A DNA stretch of 64,000 nt from an uncultured Candidatus Binatia bacterium (GTDB lineage: Bacteria; Desulfobacterota; Binatia; UBA9968; JAJDTQ01), in assembly GCA_965213675.1 (NCBI GenBank), contig OZ243916.1:2752001-2816000 (forward strand), given 5' to 3'. The notes beneath the pieces are model-generated. The model was given only the letters and a program-made list of their open reading frames with translations, ran no database searches and was not told the origin of the DNA. The number at the start of each line of letters is the position of its first letter. Positions within the stretch are counted from its first letter, which is position 1. Below are positions 18,911-28,483 of the stretch, one piece after another. Made by a program: the position numbers and the translations under genes.

Positions 18911-19951
18911 ATGAGCGACATCCAGTTCGACATCGGCTTCAGCTCGCGCACCGTCGCCTCCTACCCCCTCGCCCGGCGCATCGCCATCATCAAGAGCGCG
19001 GAGGCCCTCGGCTTCGATCGCCTGTGGCATTCCAACGAGAAGTTCGGCCGCGACATGGTGGCCAACATGACCCTCAGCGCCGTCCACACCAAGCGCATCG
19101 GCATCGGCGCCGCGGTCACCGACCCTTACAGCGTCCATCCCGCCCTCACCGCCGCCGCCATGGCCACGTTGGACGAAATCTCCTCGGGCCGCGTCATCGT
19201 CGGCATCGGCGCCGGCGGCTCCGGCTTTCCCGCCATGGGCATCCAGCGGGAACGCCCGGTGGCCGCCATGGCCGACGCCATCGCCATCATGCGCGGCATG
19301 TGGGCGGGCAAGCCCGCGACGGTGGACGGCAAGGTGGTGAGCGTGAAGAACGGCGTGTTGGGATTCAAGGCCCGACCCGATATCCGCATCGTCATCGCCA
19401 GCCGCGGCTCGGCGGTATTCCGCCTGACCGGACGCGTCGCCGACGGCGCCATGATCGCCACCATGGCCACCCCCGAGGGTGTCGGCGCCGCCTGGGACTT
19501 CGTCCGGCAGGGCGCGCGACAGGCCGGCCGCGACCCCGAGGAGATCGAGATCATCTCGAGGGTCGACACCTGCGTGGACCGGGACCGGGACAAGGCCCGG
19601 GCCGGAGTCCGGCAGATGATCGCCTTCCTGTTGTGGAGCAGCTACCCCAACCGGGACTTCGTCACCCAGTTGGGCATGGCGGTCCCCGCCGAACTGGAGG
19701 CCATGATCGCCAAGCGGGACTACGAGCTCATGTTCGAGGCCGGACCGCTGGTGCCCGAAGAGTTCGTGGACGCCTTCGCTTGGGCCGGCACCCCCGAGGA
19801 AGTCGCCGCCAAGATCAACCGCATCGCCGAAATGGGCATCCGCCGCTTCGGCACCTGGGTGCTCGCGCCACCGGAGGGCGGTATCGAGTCGGTGATTCAG
19901 TTGATCGCCGAGGAGGTGATGCCGCGGGTGCGTCTCCAAGTAGGTGGCTGA
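18911..19951 (+). CDS. LLM-class oxidoreductase (Mer-like)
   Basis: AEALGFDRLW, ATLDEISSGRVIVGIGAG, AGTPEEV. Confidence 0.85.
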   Translation: MSDIQFDIGFSSRTVASYPLARRIAIIKSAEALGFDRLWHSNEKFGRDMVANMTLSAVHTKRIGIGAAVTDPYSVHPALTAAAMATLDEISSGRVIVGIGAGGSGFPAMGIQRERPVAAMADAIAIMRGMWAGKPATVDGKVVSVKNGVLGFKARPDIRIVIASRGSAVFRLTGRVADGAMIATMATPEGVGAAWDFVRQGARQAGRDPEEIEIISRVDTCVDRDRDKARAGVRQMIAFLLWSSYPNRDFVTQLGMAVPAELEAMIAKRDYELMFEAGPLVPEEFVDAFAWAGTPEEVAAKINRIAEMGIRRFGTWVLAPPEGGIESVIQLIAEEVMPRVRLQVGG

Positions 19952-19992
19952 TCGTCTTCTTAAGGTGGCCGCTCGGCCACGGACAAGCCGCC

Positions 19993-20109
19993 TTATGGCA
20001 AAGCCTTCTCGACCTCGGCAAGAAACACGATCACGGACGCCGTCATGTGCAGCATATACGCCACAAGATGATCCGGCACCGAAATTGGTGTCGTACCTTG
20101 ACCATGGTC
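19993..20109 (-). pseudogene. C-terminal remnant of an AbiJ/Abi_C-like protein
   Basis: reads HGQGTTPISVPDHLVAYMLHMTASVIVFLAEVEKALP*, resembling the HGQG...YxLH C-terminus of abortive-infection proteins; not in the ORF track. Confidence 0.55.
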
Positions 20110-20110
20110 A

Positions 20111-20139
20111 CTCAGGAGCCTGCGGCGCAGGCTCCTGAG
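20111..20139. repeat. perfect hairpin abutting the IS5 left end
   Basis: CTCAGGAGCCTGCG-G-CGCAGGCTCCTGAG. Confidence 0.6.
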
Positions 20140-20532
20140 GAAGATCTGAACAAGTAACCTTTCACACGTCATAATGAGGTTAAATTGCCGGGCACGGAGG
20201 GGGAACGGTGAGACGGGCGAGCTTTGCGGAGATGGAACACGATGGGAAGAAGCTGCGGACGCGGCGGGAGGAGTTTTTGGAGAAGATAGACGCGAGCATC
20301 ATGGTGGCGCCGTCTTCGACGAAGAACCTCAAGCGGGACCCTGAGATGCACCAGACGAAGAAGGGGAAGCAGTGAATCGAGACGCCGGAGTGGACTGGCA
20401 GGTGGCGATGAAGCCGTGTAAGCGCCAGAAGCTGGAGAGGACCGGACCGGAAGAGGCGGCGGAAAAGCGCAAGGCGTCGTCGATCGGACGTTTTCCACAT
20501 GCCCACCAAAACAGCGGCTGTTCAGACCTGCC
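20139..20532 (+). mobile_element. internally deleted IS5-family element
   Basis: ends GGAAGATCTGAACAAG and CTGTTCAGACCTGCC; encodes SFAEMEHDGKKLRTRREEFLEKID fused to ASIMVAPSSTKN..RDPEMHQTKKG (IS5 transposase motifs); flanks CTGA and CTAA. Confidence 0.8.
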
Positions 20533-21195
20533 CTAAGCGACCACCGGGTAGAAAGGTCGGCCCCAGTATTCCAGCGGGTTGTCCAACATCACGTCGACGA
20601 ACACGGGAATGAGGAAGGCAAGTATGGCGGTACCGTCGCGTACCTGAGCCCGGTTGATACGGCCGCCCCAGGTAGCGCCCCCATGCACGAGTTGGTTGCG
20701 GAGAACAGAGAGTCGATCGAATACCATGTCCAGAACGAACTCCGTGTTCTGTTGTGAGATGGCCTGGTGGAACCGGCGCTTGGCATTGTCGAACCGATCC
20801 TGCCAATCTTCCGTGCCCGTGATCCCGTTATGGTGCTGCCAGAATGGCCCGAACACGTACTGGTTCTCCATGAGTAGCCGTATGGGACCGGAGAAGTTAC
20901 TCCAAATCGCCCCGTAGATCCGTTGTTTACTGTCGAGAGACACCGCCTTCTGAAAGAAATCCGCGCGGAATTTCTGTTCAGAGGATGTGGGCACCCGAAA
21001 CACACTCTCGTCGGCGTAGACAGCGTTGAAGGCAATCCAAAAGAAGATGAAGCGAGCGTCGTCGTCCACTGCTCGCTCCGCCCGTCCGATCCAACTGATC
21101 GATCTATGGACGCGTAGGCGCAACGAATTTGGGACCTCGGCACACAATCGCTGTTCTTTGGCTCGAAGAGTCTCGTGGTTCAGGAAAGACTGCAT
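20533..21195 (-). CDS. HEPN-domain protein (ApeA-like), putative RNase effector
   Basis: RVHRSISW, FFWIAFNAVY and the Rx4H motif RNQLVH. Confidence 0.75.
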   Translation of the reverse strand: MQSFLNHETLRAKEQRLCAEVPNSLRLRVHRSISWIGRAERAVDDDARFIFFWIAFNAVYADESVFRVPTSSEQKFRADFFQKAVSLDSKQRIYGAIWSNFSGPIRLLMENQYVFGPFWQHHNGITGTEDWQDRFDNAKRRFHQAISQQNTEFVLDMVFDRLSVLRNQLVHGGATWGGRINRAQVRDGTAILAFLIPVFVDVMLDNPLEYWGRPFYPVVA

Positions 21196-21334
21196 GGGCT
21201 GTACTCATGTTCCGTCAACCCTGAGCCCGGCGGTGCGCACAGTAATCGTTTCCAGAGCGGTCAGGCAGTCGTCGGTCATGATGACACCGACAAGGGGGTC
21301 GGCACGGTGGACGCCTGCGGCCTGACGCCGGATT

Positions 21335-21906
21335 TTACAGTGAATCATGAGGATCAGGGACGGGGAGCTGAGCAGGCGCTGTGTAGTGCGGTTGCCCATC
21401 GAAACGTTTCGGCATCTCCGCGCGTGCGCCGAGGACGACACCGGCTTTGCGAACCTGGGCGACGAGCGAGTCCCAAAGAAAGCACAAAGTGTCGCGAAAG
21501 AGAGATTGCACCGGGTTCCTTTCGGAGCTTACCAGTTGCCTCAGTTGGAGTAGACGAAGTGGTCGCCGAAGATGAACGGATCCGTGTTGTGCAGTCCGCG
21601 GTAGCTGTTCTTCGGGACCCAGTACGGAACCCAAGGGTAACGGGGAGCATGCGGAACGCCATCCTGTGGGTTGAATTCGCGAATGATGTCGGACTCGGGA
21701 TCCCACTCGCCCCACGCACACAGATCTCCGGTGTGCTTGTTGCCGGCCTCGTCGATCCAGCCGCCGCGGAACCGCATGACTTTTCGCTTGTGCGGGTTGC
21801 CCCTCTTCTTTCGATGGGTCTTGTTCCAACCGATCTTGCGATGGCGGTCGGGTTTGTGATCGTCTCCACAGTGCAGGAACTGAACGAAGCAACGCTTATC
21901 GGCCAT
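21335..21906 (-). pseudogene. conserved-looking hypothetical protein, frameshifted and probably internally deleted
   Basis: WGEWDPES...HNTDPFIFGDHFVYSN* continues in another frame as RQLV...LWDSLVAQVRKAGVVLG; one added C restores YSNCRQ. Confidence 0.55.
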
Positions 21907-22699
21907 CCTGAAATTCCTTCAGCACTAGTTCGCCTGTCTTCTGCTTCTGCCCGTCCGTCAGCCAAACCGGTTTTAGGTTTGCTTCACCGAAAACGAACAG
22001 CGACCGTTCCCCGCCTACGTCGTACCAGCGTGCACGGATTTCGTATGGCCGGGACCGAAGTGCGCCGTCGCGTTTCCGCTTGAAAACATGGATGATTTTC
22101 CAATCGGTTTTCGGTACGCATCCGATGCGCTCAAGGTGAGGCTTCGCCACCGAAATTGCCACGATCTGTGGCTGCAGCTGTTCCAGCAGCATGTGCCAAA
22201 GTGGAACGCCGTCAGCTTGGAGAGCTGCACGATCGACCTTGTCGAGTCCGCTCCACGTAGGGTCCGTCGCCACGGGCGAGCAGATGTCCGTATGGATCAC
22301 TGTAGATGCGCCGCCCTCATAGTAACTCGACCCCAGCCCGTTGACTAGCGGCTCGAAGGCGTTGAACCACTCCCGGTACGGCTTGGTAGAGAAATAGGCC
22401 GACATTGCGTCGAGGTAGCGCGACGGCTCCCGGTTGCCCTCTGCTAGCGGGAAACGTTTGAACGGCTCGGCATCAGGAAACTCCTTCCGAGAAGGGTTTA
22501 GCCCAACCGTCAGCACGCGTAATGGGGAAGCGCGGTACGTACCAAGATCGCCGAAGAACAGGATCGGCACGGCCGGGGTAACGCGGCAAGTCCGATCGGC
22601 CACGCGGTCGAATGCACGCCAAGCCAGTGCAACAGTCTCCGAGAGCGGTGCACCGCGCTCTCGTCCGTTGGAAACTCTGTACAGCGAGCGACGACTCAT
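21896..22699 (-). CDS. uracil-DNA-glycosylase-superfamily-like protein
   Basis: PILFFGD...VLTVGLNPS (UDG motif-A-like), HTDICSP, LQPQIVAIS; overlaps the downstream start by 11 nt. Confidence 0.55.
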   Translation of the reverse strand: MSRRSLYRVSNGRERGAPLSETVALAWRAFDRVADRTCRVTPAVPILFFGDLGTYRASPLRVLTVGLNPSRKEFPDAEPFKRFPLAEGNREPSRYLDAMSAYFSTKPYREWFNAFEPLVNGLGSSYYEGGASTVIHTDICSPVATDPTWSGLDKVDRAALQADGVPLWHMLLEQLQPQIVAISVAKPHLERIGCVPKTDWKIIHVFKRKRDGALRSRPYEIRARWYDVGGERSLFVFGEANLKPVWLTDGQKQKTGELVLKEFQDGR

Positions 22700-23038
22700 T
22701 TTACGGCGATATCCCGCTTACGGAGCTTACGATCACAGCTTACCATATCTTACCAAACGGCATCGCCGCGTCGTAGGTGCTCATGCCTTCATTTGGGATT
22801 TATAAAGACTACTAGACAGGCTCTCCGCGCTTCGGTATCATGAAGACGCGAATCTAGTACCCTTGGGCGGCGGACCTTTCCGCAGCGTTCCCTTCTTCAA
22901 TCTTCTCGTCAGCAACTTTGAACATAGCCCTTGCGAGTTGCTGCGGGTCCGCCGGCATGGGCCGGCGATGTGCCGGTTCCCGTACTTCCTGATGTTTCGA
23001 CGACTTTGTAGCCACTCGATTCTCCGCCGACTCGTCGT

Positions 23039-23240
23039 CTACGCCTCATACACCTCGCGAAAGACGTCAGCGAGTTCTTGTTCTTGCCAGGCCAAGTCTC
23101 TCCGAAGTTCATCAACTCTAGCGCGACGTGCATGCAACGTCTCCAGGAACAAGTCAAAATCACCGGATTCGGGCATTGGTATTCTGATTTCCCTTAACTG
23201 CTCAAATTTGATCTCTGTTGACGAGGAACCAGACACCAAC
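23039..23240 (-). pseudogene. C-terminal remnant of an R-M specificity (HsdS/type IIG TRD) subunit
   Basis: VSGSSSTEIKFEQLREIRIPMP followed by a coiled-coil; truncated by IS30 sequence. Confidence 0.55.
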
Positions 23241-23456
23241 CGGAGCATCCGAGAACACCAATGGTCTGCTGCGCCAGTACTTCCCCAAAGGTACTGACCT
23301 CAATCGGCACAGCGCTAACGACATTGCTGCTGTCGCCGCCACACTCAACCGCCGACCGCGGAAGACTCTCGGGTGGAGAACTCCATCCGAAGCCTTGAAC
23401 CAACTCCTACTCTTACACCAGCGAGGACGTGTTGCGACGACCCCTTGAAACCGGCC
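23240..23456 (+). mobile_element. IS30-family transposase 3' remnant
   Basis: ENTNGLLRQYFPKGTDL...LNRRPRKTLGWRTP and the end GTTGCGACGACCCCTTGAAAC. Confidence 0.85.
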
Positions 23457-23761
23457 AATACGCTTCGGCCGACTACCGGCGCCTGCTCGATGCCCACGGC
23501 ATCCAATGCTCCATGAGCCGGCGCGCCAACTGCTGGGACAACGCCGTCGTGGAGAGCTTCTTTGCTACCCTGAAAACCGAGCTTATCCACCACGTCGACT
23601 ACCCCACTCCAGCCGAAGCAAGGGCCGCGATCTTCGAGTTCATCGAGGTGTTCTACAATCGGCAACGTCGCCACTCCACCCTCGGCTACCACACACCAGC
23701 TGGCTTCGAGCGAATGGCACGCGTAGCTTAACCAAACTGTCCACCAATCCGGGGAAGGCCA
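23457..23761 (+). mobile_element. IS3-family orfB 3' remnant with right end
   Basis: QYASADY...SMSRRANCWDNAVVESFFATLKTE...FYNRQRRHSTLGY; terminus TGTCCACCAATCCGGGGAAGGCCA. Confidence 0.85.
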
Positions 23762-23906
23762 CCCGAACATTGCCAAGCTTCAGACGCCAGAGCGCGGGTC
23801 CCAGCGCTCCCGAGTCTTTCAGGCGGTCCAGCAGTTCGTCCGTCTGTGGCGTGGACTCGTCCTCGAACAGCCAAGCGACGGTGATGGAACAGTCCAGCAC
23901 GAACAT
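23762..23906 (-). pseudogene. VapC/PIN toxin truncated by IS3
   Basis: MFVLDCSITVAWLFEDE PIN N-terminus ends at the IS3 right end. Confidence 0.8.
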
Positions 23907-23909
23907 CGT

Positions 23910-24149
23910 TCACCGCCGCCCTTCATCGCGCAGCTTCTTCCAGTCCAGACCTCCGAGCTTCAGACCCGACCGCAGGCTGCGAATGCCTTCGATCACCCGT
24001 TCTGTCGCCACCCGTTGCGCTTGCCCGGCAGCTATGAGGCGGGCTACGGGAACACCGCGCCGGGTAATTACCACTTCCTCTCCCTGGGTGACCTTGTCGA
24101 GCAGCGACGACAGATGTGTCTTCGCCTCGAACGCTCCGACTTCGATCAT
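23910..24149 (-). CDS. Phd/YefM family antitoxin
   Basis: VGAFEAKTHLSSLLDKVTQGEEVVITRRGVPVARL. Confidence 0.9.
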   Translation of the reverse strand: MIEVGAFEAKTHLSSLLDKVTQGEEVVITRRGVPVARLIAAGQAQRVATERVIEGIRSLRSGLKLGGLDWKKLRDEGRR

Positions 24150-24162
24150 GTGTCTTGCTCCA

Positions 24163-24176
24163 ATCAACTAGTTGAT
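24163..24176. promoter_or_regulatory. putative operator of the phd-vapC module
   Basis: perfect palindrome ATCAACTAGTTGAT just upstream of the antitoxin start. Confidence 0.55.
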
Positions 24177-24280
24177 CAGACCAGAATAGTGAAGGACGGT
24201 GATTTCGCAACCTCGCAGACGGTTGCGGCGGTCCACTTTACCAACGGAGCAATCGGTGCCGAGAACGACGATGCGACGGA

Positions 24281-25345
24281 TCACAGCCCCTCAAACGCCG
24301 AAAGCACCATCTCGACCAGAATCCGCGGCGGTCGCGTCAGCGGATCCGTGACCGGGATGCCGAGCTCGTCCTGGTATCCCGCGATGGCGGCGCTGACGTC
24401 GGCGTCGGTCATGTTCTCGTGGTTGAGGGTGAGGCCGATGACCTTTGTGTCGGAGAAGGTCTCGATGAGATGGATCTCGTCGGCCGGCTCCGGCATTGGC
24501 ATGTGTTCAAAGTCGGCACGATGGGCTCGTGCGGGTGCGTGCTGCAGCACGACGCCGTCGGGGCAGGCGCCGCGGAGGATCAAGGCGGAAGTGGGGTAGG
24601 CGGGGTGGCTGAGGGCGCCCTGCCCCTCGACAAAGATCACGTCGGGGTTCTCGGCTTCGAACGCTTCGATGATGGTCGCTTCGAGTTCGCCGGCGCAGAA
24701 CTGTGAAGGAAGGGCGTCGAGGGCGACGCCATAGCGCGCTCCCTGGATCAAGCCGGTCTGGCCGGTGCCGACCATGACCGCCTTGATGCCGCGGTCATTG
24801 AGTGCCTGGGTCATGACGGTGGCGGTGGTCCGCTTGCCAACGGAGCAATCGGTGCCGAGAACGGCGATGCGCTTGCAGGTGACCTCCGCGATACGGCCGC
24901 TGAAGGTCCGCAGGCCTTCCTTGGCCGGGGGCTTCCGGACGTCGAGGATGTCCACGTTCCGTGCGGCACTGGCCGCCACGAACTCCGGATCGTCGGTCAA
25001 GAATTCGTGAAGCCCGTTCACAACGTTCATTCCCAGGTCGATGGCCTCCAGCAGAACCCTCCGATCGCGGGTCGACAACGTGCCGCTCGCAGGAGCCATG
25101 CCGAAAATGAAGTAGTCGGGCGTGGTTCCGGCGCTCGCCAGCGCATCGGCCAGGTCGCGGCAAATGGGAATTCCGCTTGGCGGCCCGCCGAGCACGGCGC
25201 CGGCATCGAGACCGGCCTTCTCGCTGTCGATGACCGAAAGGATTCTATAGAGCTCCGAGTGACGGACGAGGCCGTTCGCCGTTTTCCCGTCAATGGCGCC
25301 GAAGTTCTCTTCGCAGTATACGGTTGCCGTCGCGGCTCCTGTCAC
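24281..25345 (-). CDS. DUF1611 domain P-loop protein
   Basis: GKTANGLVR, NGLHEFL, GTDCSVGKRTT, GTGQTG, VEGQGALSHP. Confidence 0.85.
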   Translation of the reverse strand: MTGAATATVYCEENFGAIDGKTANGLVRHSELYRILSVIDSEKAGLDAGAVLGGPPSGIPICRDLADALASAGTTPDYFIFGMAPASGTLSTRDRRVLLEAIDLGMNVVNGLHEFLTDDPEFVAASAARNVDILDVRKPPAKEGLRTFSGRIAEVTCKRIAVLGTDCSVGKRTTATVMTQALNDRGIKAVMVGTGQTGLIQGARYGVALDALPSQFCAGELEATIIEAFEAENPDVIFVEGQGALSHPAYPTSALILRGACPDGVVLQHAPARAHRADFEHMPMPEPADEIHLIETFSDTKVIGLTLNHENMTDADVSAAIAGYQDELGIPVTDPLTRPPRILVEMVLSAFEGL

Positions 25346-25405
25346 CTTACCTCCATTTCATCCATCCTACTCCCACATTCCCTCACCAAAACCTCGACGA
25401 CCCTA

Positions 25406-25564
25406 GTGTGGTGTCTGGTTAGTTCGGGTCATAATCTGCGGGTCTTTTTCGCCGTCGGCTGCGTTGCTCTTCCTCGCGTGGTACACGCCACTGCTCGTCA
25501 TCGCGCCTTGCCGACAACAAAAAATCCTCCGCAGATTATGACCCGAATTAACCAGACACCACAC
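25406..25564 (-). mobile_element. MITE copy 2 (inverted orientation)
   Basis: same 159-bp element; left flank CTA, right flank TG; both TIRs carry a matching CGC>CGG change. Confidence 0.9.
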
Positions 25565-25593
25565 TGGCAAGCACTTGCAACGGTCGTTCGTCC

Positions 25594-25911
25594 TCACCAG
25601 TCAAGAGGATCGGCTCGAGGGGCAGGTTCAAACTCGACCTTCACGCGGTAGCCAAGCACTCGTGCATATTCTTCCACCGTGGCAAGCCGCGGAGAAACCT
25701 CACTGTTCACGCTCTCGAGCCGCGATATATTGCTCTTTTTGGTCCCTAGAAGTTCGGCCATTTGCGCTTGGGTTTTGCCGGCAGCCGTACGTATGGCGAT
25801 CATGTTTCGCTTCATGGCAAAAGCTGGAGTGACTTCATCGTAGGCGGCCTTTACGTCGGGATTGTTAAGTGCTTTGCGCTTAAAATCCCTAAATGTGGGT
25901 CGATCAGCCAT
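25594..25911 (-). CDS. HigA-like Xre HTH antitoxin
   Basis: KTQAQMAELLGTKKSNISRLES HTH; start overlaps the toxin stop. Confidence 0.85.
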   Translation of the reverse strand: MADRPTFRDFKRKALNNPDVKAAYDEVTPAFAMKRNMIAIRTAAGKTQAQMAELLGTKKSNISRLESVNSEVSPRLATVEEYARVLGYRVKVEFEPAPRADPLDW

Positions 25912-26233
25912 TGTCTGTTACCTCCTTCATACGCTTGCGCGCCAAGGCCAAGTGCCTTTTCGGAATCTTCTGTGTTTTCTTTATGAAGGTGTGCAGAATT
26001 ACTAGTTCCTGCCCCTTGCGTGTACAAAACAGGGGCCGGCTGATCCCTTCGGGGCCTTTAGCCCTGATTTCAAAAAAGCCTTCGCCTAACGGCGCGATGT
26101 GAGGGCGGCCGATTGATGGGCCGAACTCTTCCACAAGTTCGATGATGTGCAGCAGATTTGCCAATATACCGACGGGCAACTCCAATGTCTGGTTTTCGAC
26201 CTTTTCGCTATAAAATGTGACCCTCCATGTCAT
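25904..26233 (-). CDS. HigB/RelE-like (phage Gp49/DUF891) toxin
   Basis: GFFEIRAKG...VILHTFIKKTQKIPKRHLALARKRM. Confidence 0.85.
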   Translation of the reverse strand: MTWRVTFYSEKVENQTLELPVGILANLLHIIELVEEFGPSIGRPHIAPLGEGFFEIRAKGPEGISRPLFCTRKGQELVILHTFIKKTQKIPKRHLALARKRMKEVTDNG

Positions 26234-26241
26234 TCATCGAG

Positions 26242-26259
26242 GTTATCAGAAAAGATAAC
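26242..26259. promoter_or_regulatory. putative operator of the higBA-like module
   Basis: GTTATC-AGAAAA-GATAAC inverted repeat 8 nt upstream of the toxin ATG. Confidence 0.6.
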
Positions 26260-26441
26260 GCCCGACAAGTCTCTACCCGCCGAGGTATTCGGTGGTGGGG
26301 GGCTTGAGTTGCCTGTCTTCAGGATTGGTGCAGCCCTTTTTTTCTAACGGTGCCAGTGCCGCTCCGAGTGAGATCGCCAAGGACTCAAACTGAACGAGAA
26401 GCTGAAGTGGTCGTTGCAACGCCGCAACGCGCAGGGACACG

Positions 26442-28360
26442 CTAGGTCGCCGCCGCTGTCCGCCGCTCCGCCCGAAACCACTCCCACCCCGTGAGGGCCG
26501 TGCCCACCACCAGGCCAACGACGTTCCATTGCAGCCACGGGGTGACCATGCCCAGGCTGGCGGCGAGGAAGAGGACGCGGGTGACGGGGCCGAGGTTCCG
26601 ATAGCAGTACCCCTGCACGGCCATGCCCATGGCGATCATGCTCAACACCGCGAAGACAATGGTCACGGTGACATCGGCGGCGTTGCCGATGGTGATGAGC
26701 GCGGAGTTGGCCACGAACGCGTAGGGCAGCACGAAGGCGGGGAGGGCCAGCTTTACCGCTTCGATGGACGTGGGCACCACCGGCGACTGGGCGATGGCCG
26801 CGGCGGCGTAACTCGTGGGCGCGGTGGGCGGGGTGATGGCCGAGATGGCGCAGAAGAAGATCACGAAAAGGTGCGCCTGGGGCACGATGGCGTCGGCGTC
26901 GAGGCCCATGTTTCTGAGCATCACCACCAACGCGGGTATGGCGATGCCCACTTGTACAATGTAGGCGGACGACAGCGGCAGGCCCATGCCCAGGATGATG
27001 GCGGTGATCATGACGTAGACCAGCGCCAGAAGCAGGTGTCCGCCAGCCAGGTCCACGATGACCCCGGAGAACTTGATGGCCACTCCTGTGAGGTCGAAGA
27101 TGCCCACCATGATGCCGGAGGTGATGATGGCCACGGCCACCACGGTGGACTGGATGCCGCCCTGCACGAGGGCTTCCCATATGTCCCGGAGGCCCATGCG
27201 CGTGGCCTTGCGAAACCAGCTCACGATGACAATGCCGACGATGCAGCGCACCACCGCGTAGCCCGGACTGAAGCCGGCCACCAGGAGATAGATGAGGATA
27301 ATCAGGGGCAGCGCCAGGTGCCCCCGGTCCATGATGGTCTTCTTGAGGCTCGGCAACTCCTCCCGCGGCACCGTGGGATGTTCTCCTTGACCGCGTAGAT
27401 GTGCACCATGATGCCCACGGCGAGGAAGTACAGCACCGCGGGCACCAGGATGTACTGCATCACGTTGACGTAGGGAATGCCGGTGTATTCCGACATCAGG
27501 AATCCCGCGGACGCCATCACCGGCGGCATGATCAGACCGCCGGTGGAGGCGGACGCTTCCACCGCCCCGGCCATGTAACCCTTGAAGCCGATCTTCTTCA
27601 TCATCGGTATGCTGAAGGAGCCGGTGATAACCGCGTTGGCCGTACTGCTGCCCGAGATGGAGCCCATGAGGCCGCTGGACACCACTGCGATCTTGGCCGG
27701 ACCGCCCCGGAACCGCCCGGCGAGGGCGGTGGCGAAGTCGATGGTGAACTGGCCGAAACCCGACTTCTCCAGAAAGGCGCCGAAGACGATGAACAGGAAG
27801 ATGAAGTTGGCCGAGATGTGCGTCGGCAGGCCGAACAGCCCGTCGGTGAGGAAATACTGGTTGTCGGCTACCTCCGACGGCGAGTATCCGAGGTGGTTGA
27901 GAAACCCGGGCAGATAAGGCCCCAGGAAGGCGAACAGGAAAATGATCAGGGCCAGCCCAGCCAGCGGCCAACCCACGGCGCGGCGGCAGGCTTCGAGGGT
28001 CAGCGCCACCGCGCCAAACGCCAGGACGAACTGGAAGAAGACGAAATCCTCAGTGTATCCGATGTGCTGGATGATCCACTCGTACTCGTAGAAGAGATAG
28101 CCCATGGCCACGAGCCACAGGCCGATGATCACGATGTCGTACCAGGGAAGCTTTCCGTCATCCGCCCGGCGGAACGCCGGGAAGCTCAGGAAGCTAAGGC
28201 CCATTATCAACGTGACGTGGATCACGCGATGCAGGTAGGCTTCGGGTTGCCCGAAGAAGCCGGTATAGATGTGGTAGACCGAGGCGCCGAAGGCCACCAG
28301 GCTCAGGATGATCCCGGCGACGCCTGTCAGGTTACGCTGCATAAGGCCGCTCTCTGCCAC
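26442..28360 (-). pseudogene. TRAP transporter fused 4TM/12TM permease, frameshifted near 27375
   Basis: ASTGGLIMPPVM in one frame and ILGMGLP...ISAITPP in another; one extra base in the G3 run at 27375-27377 restores KENIPTVPREELP. Confidence 0.8.
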
Positions 28361-28432
28361 GTGTCCGATGCGGGGCGGACATCGGGGGTTCGCTCACGTC
28401 AACCAGGGCAGGTTGTTGAATCGAAGCGAAAT

Positions 28433-28466
28433 AAAGAGGGCCGGCGTTACGGAGCCGGCCCTCTTT
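28433..28466 (-). terminator. hairpin between the TAXI SBP and permease genes
   Basis: AAAGAGGGCCGGC-loop-GCCGGCCCTCTTT. Confidence 0.65.
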
Positions 28467-28483
28467 GCGCAGGGGGGGTGCCT

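Noticed and set aside
21541-21543. TGA read as selenocysteine or by readthrough
   Set aside because: A TAA follows four codons later; a 1-nt deletion explains the sequence better
24218-24871. DGR template/variable repeat pair
   Set aside because: The mismatches are not adenine-specific, there is an indel, and no reverse transcriptase is in the window
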